In this document: positions 56,050 through 64,000 of the stretch, in pieces
How the letters are laid out: every line of letters begins with the position of its first letter
Position numbering within the stretch: the stretch's first letter is position 1
From: Eledone cirrhosa
Taxonomy: Eukaryota
Assembly: GCA_964016885.1 (NCBI GenBank)
Contig: OZ024747.1
Coordinates: 36,704,001-36,768,000 of the forward strand
DNA length: 64,000 bases
Reading direction: 5' to 3'
Program-made: the position numbers and the translations under genes
Notes under the pieces: model-generated
What the model saw: the letters and a program-made list of their open reading frames with translations, nothing else
Database searches by the model: none
What the model was told of the DNA's origin: nothing

Positions 56050-56815
56050 TATATACACATATACAGGTATTTATATATATATGCACATATACATATATAT
56101 ATATATATGTATATATATGTATATATATATATATATGTATATATTTATATATGTATATATATGTATGTATAGATGTATATATATATGTATATATATATGT
56201 ATATATATATATGTATGTATATACATATATATATATATATATGTATATACATGCGTGGTTGCACATGGGTTACATATTATAAAATTAGTCCCTCATCAGT
56301 GATTTGCCAACCATCATTGGTATTTCATCGCATTAAAAATCAGATACCTCAGGTTGGTGCGAGCAATAACTAAAATAAGCTATTGGGACAAGTGAATCGC
56401 GTAAAGCGAGTGAGACAAGTAAACAACATAGAAGGAAAGGCAAACCGAAGGTATGAAAACAGCAAGCAACATGATGGTTATCCGATAAGCATAAGCTGCG
56501 TGAATTTCATGAGCGGTCAGAAAACAGACCGTTTGCCGTGAATGAGATGTGAGAAAGAAAGAACCCCACTACTAACGAACGGGAGGAAGTGAGAAGGGGA
56601 TAAACAGAGAGTGAGTGAGTGGAAGTGCGAGGAAGAGGTCAGTCGAGAGAAAGTGTAACTGACAGAGGGGGCGAAAGAAGGTGAGAAAAACAGAGAGAAC
56701 GGGGAAGCAGTAAGAGAGAAAGAGAGAAACAGATAATCGCATTCGAGGTAAATATGTATGAAAAACATGGGACGAAAGAGGAATACTGCGTGGTTGCACA
56801 TGGGTTATATATATA

Positions 56816-56844
<29 letters not shown>

Positions 56845-56847
<3 letters not shown>

Positions 56848-57895
56848 ACAAATTATAAAGTAAGAAGTAATAGACACAGATTTATACCTATTCTTTCCTC
56901 AATGTCCCGAATGTACAGTTTCGTTGGTCAGTTTGCAACAAGTTTACATCATACAGGTGTAACATTGTTGTGAGGCAAACCAGCTTCTCAGGAACTCCAC
57001 AGGGAAATATCGCTTTCTAGACACGTTCGTAGCAAGTGAGAAAATCTCAGAAAGGCGTAGGGAGAGATTATCACGTGATACACCGGTCAAGAAAGGGGAC
57101 TAAATCCATTGTAGCAAAAATATCTCAGAAGGCGGAGGGAGAAATTAATACATGATACCGCAGTTACAGGGGCGGGGTAAGGTTGACTGAAAGTGGTTAT
57201 AGTGTTTGCTTAAAAGCAGTTACTATACTTCCGTGGTTACTCTACCGTGAGGGTGTTTGAGACAATAACGCGCAGTACGCACATATATGTGCATACATAC
57301 ACATGTATATATACACATATGTTTTTTCACAAGTATGTGAGTGTGTGTGTTGTCGACAGTTTTGCTCTATGACTAGGAGAGACAAAATAATCCAACTAAT
57401 TATATTGACTCGATACCAGAGCTATGTAACAAATTATAAAGTAATCCGCCTTCTGAGATATTTCTCAATGCTACAAGGGATTTAGTCCCCTTTCTTGGCC
57501 GCTGTATCACGTGATAATCTCTCCCTCCGCCTTTCTGAGATTTTCCGCTTGCCACAAACGTGTCTAGAAAGCGCTCTTTTCCTGAGGAGTTCCTTTGAGA
57601 AGCTGGTTTGCTCACAACAATGTTACACCTCTATGATGTAAACTTGTTCCATACTGACCAACAAAGCTGTACAGTCGGGACATTGAAGAAGTAATAGGTA
57701 TAAATCTGTGTCTATTACTTCTTACTTTATAATTTGTTACATAGCTCTGATATCGAGTCAATATAATTATTTCGATTATTTTGTCTCTCGTAGTCAAACT
57801 GGTTAAGGTCGACAACACACACACTCACATACTTGTGAAAAAATATATGTGTATATATACATGTGTATGTATGTATGCACATATATGTGCGTACC
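56845..57895. repeat. Partial-tandem plus inverted pLTR-like structure with decayed hammerheads
   Basis: 56845-57135 is inverted at about 57445-57742, and 57277-57445 is inverted at about 57722-57895. Consensus of the two copies gives GAAA-CTGTACAG-TC. Confidence 0.7.
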
Positions 57896-58134
57896 TCTCA
57901 TTATATATATATATTTACATATGTATATATATATATATATATATATCGGCCTGCCCGCCCATCCAGTGGGATGGCGTCATCGTATGGCTAATACAGCACG
58001 TGCTGTGACCAGCGGCGCCAAATGGCGCCCGACAGACTGGACGGTCAAGGTGATCAAGGTGATATATATATATGTGAGTGTGTGTTTGATGGTAGTTAAG
58101 ATGCTTCCATAGGCGGTATGCCGGTTGAGCATGA

Positions 58135-58395
58135 TAAAATAGAAAACGAAAAATCAGTGATGTATCTGAACTCAATTTATTGTTTGTTACAATTGTTTCG
58201 CCGGCGGACAGCTCGAAACGCGATCATTGTGTGGATCTGTCTGATTCTCGACCCGCAGGTTCGTCGGACACGTCTAATGATTTCGGCGCATAATCTCTTA
58301 CCGAGAGATCGCGTCTCTAGCTGTTTGCCGGGGAAACAATTGTAACACACAATAAATTTAGTTCAGATGCTTCACTGATTTTTCGTTTTCTATTC
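58135..58395. repeat. Inverted repeat of a pLTR end containing 3' half-hammerheads
   Basis: 58135-58215 pairs with 58318-58395; both carry GAAA-CAATTG-TA-aca..aataaa. Confidence 0.7.
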
Positions 58396-58419
58396 TCTCT
58401 CTCTCTATATATATATATA

Positions 58420-60222
58420 AGAGAGTATTGAAGTTTGCTTGAAGCATTGTGGAATAATAAAAATGTTCCTTTTGGAAGCATGAACAATGCAGATGGGTAA
58501 ATCTCCGGGTAACAGAATCAGGAGAATCAGGTGGTAATGTGAGGGAAATATAAGCGGAAGCACAGAAAGAGACATAGAAAGCGTAAAGGAACATAGGAAA
58601 AGTGTAAAAAATTATAATAACACGAGATAGAATTGCCTTGGATGTGATTTAATTGTCCCTATATTTCGGATTTCACATCCATCAACTGGGGGTTTTCAGA
58701 CGGGATAAAGTTATGTCGGAGAGAGACAACACGTGGCCGTGAGACAACACTGTTTGCCGTGAGACAACACTGTTTGCCGAGAGACAACACTGTTTGCCGT
58801 GTGCGTACAACGGAACTACTTTATCGGGCGCGTATGCCACATCTCCACCGTCAATTGCACATTCATGAACGGACATTCTCAGAGCGGACACATAGCCTAA
58901 CACTGACACCCGATACTTGCTCCTAAAATCCATAAAAGCAGTCGACCAGTGTTACCACTCCAGAGTTCAATGGGAATAGAAACAACTCAAATGGAAATTT
59001 GAGTGGACCTTGCGTAAACTCCACAACGAAAATACCGACACTAACAGACAGACCAGGACCGCATAATGGACAGCAACATAACAACCGCCACCGCATCATC
59101 GACCAACACCCGGCCACACCTCAACGATGCGACGCACATGGTCACCGACCTAATCGGTATCCTCACGAACGATGAGCTGGAACTCCTACGCCTCGGACCC
59201 AAGTTCATCGTCTCACAGAGGCTCGACAACAGACTTAAACTCGACATCGAAGCCAACTTCTGCCGAACCGCCTACCAGCTTAAATGGGTGACCACCATCA
59301 ATAGCACCACGGAAAATGACAGCACCTATACAACCCGCCCCATGTTCCCCACGTACCACCAACCATGAACTCGACACTAAACTCATCCGGTTGAAACACT
59401 ATCTCTGACATCCTACATAAACACACGCACGCACAACACACAACCTCACTACATCACAACTCACCACTCTCACCAACCTGAAATTGAGGAACCTAATCTA
59501 CCTCCCCTCCCACAAGGGAAAGGAATTCTGCGTCATCGACAGAGAGGCCTAGTACGCACTAGCTCTCCAAGATCTTGACGATGACAACCGCTACTCTAAG
59601 GTCATAGGGATCATTCCCGCGCAGATCGAGGAGCATAACAACGCCACCTGGACCAACATCTGCGACCGACGGAAACTCCCGAAGAAGCTTAGTACAACTT
59701 CCTCACGAGGAACAGTAGACTACCCGCCTTCTCTCACCTCGTGAAAGCCCACAAACAGGGACCCAACCTGAAAATCAGGCCTATTGTATCGAGTATGGAA
59801 AGACCGCTGTACAAAATTTCATGGTTCCTGGCCAAAATACGGAAGCCCCTACTGAACACCCTGCCGGGACATGTCAACCGGTCTGAGGAGGTGTTAGAGC
59901 ATCTACACCAAAGGATCCAGACACCCAAAGGGATAACAGATGTGCTTTCAGCCTTGATGTGGTGCTCTGTACATCTCGGTCCCGGCACTCCCGGCCGTCG
60001 ATATATTGACAGAACGTGTCCAGTCTACCAACCTACACTGCTTTGAGCTCATCCCCACTGACATCCACCAGCTCCGTGAGTGGTGTCACCCACACCAAGC
60101 GGTTCCACAGGGTGCTGGAGACGAATGGATACCAAACATCATTTACAAGCAGAGTAAGGGACACCAGACACAAGAGAAAGAAAAATACGAAAGACAATTG
60201 CTTCCTCAAGCGCCAGGGTTGC
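58420..60222 (+). mobile_element. PLE RT fragment (plus strand) preceded by an opposite-strand pLTR
   Basis: ELELLRLGPKF, HLVKAHK..KIRPIVS..ISWFL. The minus-strand pLTR at about 58420-58700 matches the 41030-41258 and 51190 family, with its variant HHR at 58656-58692. Confidence 0.8.
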
Positions 60223-60678
60223 TAGCGGGAAGTCCGGCACCGTCAGTTGATCATCGCGTATACCAAAGTATTATTAGTTATTCACACTAGTAGGGGATTT
60301 AGTTAATGATAAATTTTTAGGGTAGAATTTTAAAGTTAGGATTAACCTTAGAATTTAAGAGTACTGTTTAGCGGTCAATAACCGGTGGCGCGGCCGATTC
60401 CAGCCCGCCCAGGGCCAAAGGGCGTAACAACCATTCCGAGTATTTTTGTTTACTGAAAGAAGGTTGATCGACTCGAGGGCTGGGCGTGCAAGCCGGAAAG
60501 CCGCAACATCCATCGGATCATCGCATGTACCAAACGATTATTGGTTATTCACACACGTGGTGTGAAGTTTAAAAGTGGCAAAATTTGAGGAAATAGTTCC
60601 AGTTAACCTGGGTTATTTGAATTTATATGCAGTGTGATTCCTGAGTGGGTAGGTGGACTAATTAAAGATTAACAGATA

Positions 60679-62649
60679 TGTAGCAGTGGCCTCCCTTGTT
60701 GTGACTCACAACCCCAATAGATTAACAACATCTAGACGGGAAGTAGAACCCTTTCTGTAACTTCCGGTCAGAACCCTATAAAACTAACAACTTTAAGTTC
60801 TCACCCTCTCATTTGCCCTTCCGGCGCCTGGCCTCCGCCAGGTGTCTTCTGCCAGCCTGCGTTTGCCTGGCAATCAAAACGGTAACTACTAACTTTGCTT
60901 CATTCTTTCATCTATTTCATTGACATGTCAACTATACTGTTAAATTGGACATTAAATATTATACACACAAACCATGTCTCCTTGTTACATTCATACACGC
61001 TAGTTCTTCGCTATATTGGTAACCCTGACGTGATACGAACACGCAGCCGTTCATTGTTATAAGTGGTCACCCCGAAAAAAAAAAATAGCAGAATCTGGTG
61101 TTGTGTGAGTAACATTACGAATACACAGCAAATTTATTGACAAACTATGAAAATACTCAAAGAAACGCACACACGCACATGTGAAATTCGCGTTCAGACA
61201 GACTTTTTCTCTCACGCATCAACTAACTGTCGCATTTCACGATATATATATGTTTCTCGTTTCTTACAACGAACACTTTCAAAACACAAAAAAAAAAAAT
61301 TTGATATTTTTTTTTTTAAAACATTTCAACAGGAACATTTATTTTCGATGAACCATTGCCTTTTTTTTTTTTTTTTTCATCGTTTTCTTCATCGTTCAAG
61401 TTTTTTTTCCAAAGTTCACACCAATAATTATGCTGAGTGAAGCCTTTCTTTTTCATCATTGTCACTTTCACACTTGCACTATCATTTCTCGTGCGTTAGA
61501 AATATTATTTTTTCAACCTAACTTAACCTTGTATTGGCACGTGTAGGAAGCACAAATTCTCAACTCACGGGGATATCTCGACTCACAGAGATAGCCGCAC
61601 GCCAGAGATAACGTTTCTCGCCAAGGATTCTTCAGCCTTAAGCTATATTCTCCTATTTGCCGGTTTAAAAATTGACCACGTAAATTTGCCGTTGAAAACT
61701 GCGAATTTATTCAGAATGCTTATTTCTTTGGTCGCTGGCCTCTTGACCCTTCCAGGTCAACGCATTCTCAACATCGACCATCAACTTCGGCTGTTATTTC
61801 TAGCACTTTGCGCAACTCATTTTTTCCGAAAAAAAATGTTTTACTGTGAATTTAAACACCGAATACGCTCACTCCGCGAGACAGCAACACAGCTTCACCA
61901 ACAACCAAAACCAGCAGAACAAGCCAGAGAATTTATTTTTGCAGCACTCTTCCTGTGAGAAAATCCATTCGGAGGTTGGAAATTTCACGATATACCACAG
62001 AACAGAAACCACCTGCATTCATTCTCTGGAACACACTTTCTTTCCTGCTGTCATGTGATTGCAAACCTGTGAACTATATTTTGTACATTTGAACTTTGAG
62101 CTCTTCTCTTACTTTATTACATTGTATCTTTGGGTGATGGATAGATAGATGTCCAGTCGTTCTCTGGCCAAGAGCGGTTGGCTACCTTGATATCTATCAT
62201 TGATTTTTGCAAACATTCTTTTGTCGTAATTTTCATGCCTGTTACAACATTCTCGACAACTTGCTACATATTTCATTCGATTTTTATATTCTAAAATTCT
62301 GGCGGGAGGTTATGTAGCAGTGGCCTCCCTTGTTGTGACTCACAACCCCAATAGATTAACAACATCTAGACGGGTAGTAGAACCCTTTCTGTAACTTCCG
62401 GTCAGAACCCTATAAAACTAACAACTTTAAGTTCTCACTCTCTCATTAGCCCTTCCGGCGCCTGGCCTTCGCCAGGCGTCTTCTGCCAGCCTGCGTTTGC
62501 CTGGCAATCAAAACGGTAACTACTAACTTTGCTTCATTCTTTCGTTTATTCATTGACATGTCAACTATACTGTTAAATTGTTGATTAAATATTATACACA
62601 CAAACCATGTCTCCTTGTTACATTCATACAACCCAGTATCTTCGCTATA
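60679..62649 (+). mobile_element. Non-autonomous LTR retrotransposon (TRIM-like, probably Gypsy-derived)
   Basis: 337-bp LTRs at 60679-61015 and 62313-62649 (TGTAGC...GCTATA), TSD GATA, PBS 61017-61034, PPT ggcgggagg 62301-62309, and no recognisable gag or pol. Confidence 0.9.
61017..61034 (+). promoter_or_regulatory. Primer-binding site, tRNA-Trp
   Basis: TGGTAACCCTGACGTGAT has two mismatches to TGGTGACCCCGACGTGAT, the complement of the animal tRNA-Trp 3' end. Confidence 0.8.
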
Positions 62650-62809
62650 GATATAAAGGGTACAGAAAGTCATATTCTAGTGCCGTGTGCTAATTTTAGG
62701 CAACAGATGAGTACAAGGATAAGTAGATAAGGAGAATAAAGTGAATAAATAAATAAATAAAATGCAGTCATACCCAGGGTGGTAATTGTGGGAGTATAAA
62801 TGGAAGTAA

Positions 62810-64000
62810 ATAAGAACATATCGAAGAAATCATAATACAGAAGAAATAAAATACAGATCAAGGTGTAGCAAATAATTAATAGAAAGCACGGTTGGAGAAT
62901 ACATAGATAGAGAGGATGGAAGAGTAGGAGTGGTAGTAGGTGATACTTAGTGTAGGCTCGAGTATTAATTTTCAATGTGAATCCCAAAACCTTGAAATAT
63001 TCGATAGAAATTCAGTCAATACAAGACAGAGTATAATATGTTGATTGTTCGAAGAACAATGAATATAATAGACTATAAGCCTATAATAGACTATAAGCCT
63101 ATAAGCCTATAAGTACACTATAAGCCTACGCTCCTTCACCACAAGGACATAAGAAGACTTAATCATCATTTGAGGGCGGTTGACCGGGCTAGAAGCTGCT
63201 AAATGTTCGGCCGTCTCATTTATCTGCTTTTCAGCTCCCTGTATTTTGTCTATTATATTCCTTTGCTATATTTCGAATACCTGATGATGTCACCGGATTC
63301 ATACTGAACCCGATCATTGAAATGATCATAGTAAAATAAACCTTTTAAGGAATTACACCAGTCCAGCCTCCTGTTATTTTATAATAATTCACTCCGTGCT
63401 CGCACCACCAACTACACAAACGAAGACTGGTGAGTTGGATTACGTCGAGTGCTCTCCATAATATTACATCGAGTTTGACCATACGGAATGACCAGCTCTA
63501 CCCTGTGGTGAACCAACAAACCTAAATAAATATTGCTCCGGGAAATGTCGAGCGCTTTCATATGTAATAATGAACAGGGGCCCTGATACCAGTGTACAGC
63601 TATCGCCAGCATGGGACTAACTACACACCATTCTGATTTTGGCTGCATTAAGCGTTGTCTACCGCCCACCTGGACCATGGATTGCTGCCTCCCTGTCGTG
63701 AATATTCAGACTCCGTCAGACCTCATATATTCTTCAAACAATCAACATATTCTCCTACATCCTGTATTATATTGACTGAATTCTCTATCCTATATTTCAG
63801 GGCCTTTGGGATTTACATTGAAAATTAAGACTCGAACCAACACTAGGTATCACCTGATAACTCTCCAACTCTTCCATCCTCTATATATATATATGTATAA
63901 CCTTGTATTCTCCAACCGTGCTATATATTGCCCATTTAATGCACCTTGATCTGTATTTTATTTCTTCCGTATTTTGATTTCTTCGATATGTTCTTATATA
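62810..64000. repeat. Diverged inverted repeat (about 62810-63060 vs 63725-64000), probably PLE UTRs
   Basis: tcgaagaaatca..aaatacagatcaaggtg..gcacggttggagaatac and its reverse complement near the window end. Confidence 0.7.
63278..63333 (+). ncRNA. Type I hammerhead ribozyme
   Basis: tac-CTGATGA-t...cggattca-tac-tgaacccg...t-GAAA-TGATCA-TA-gta followed by aataaa. Confidence 0.65.

Overview
This is AT-rich, non-genic eukaryotic DNA full of microsatellites, and I can see no host protein-coding gene. The SINE families and repeat landscape suggest an octopod cephalopod, but that is an inference. Almost everything recognisable is a transposon or a relic of one. There are at least eight Penelope-like element (PLE) fragments of three types, a Tx1/L1-like LINE plus a second ORF1 relic, R4/Dong-like LINE pieces and a GC-rich CRE-type LINE with an N-terminal PHD-like finger. 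There are also three Helitrons (one keeps a Pif1 helicase fragment), tRNA-derived SINEs, a MITE, and a 2-kb non-autonomous LTR element with a tRNA-Trp primer site and 4-bp TSD. The strongest unexplained signal is a dense set of about 20 type I hammerhead ribozyme (HHR) motifs with palindromic stem III. They sit in PLE pseudo-LTRs (pLTRs), in non-coding fold-back mini-elements inserted into (TA)n tracts, and in a 545-bp tandem array with one HHR per unit (retrozyme-like). Several have non-canonical cores with covarying stem II. All motifs were read by eye. Element boundaries are approximate unless terminal motifs are quoted.
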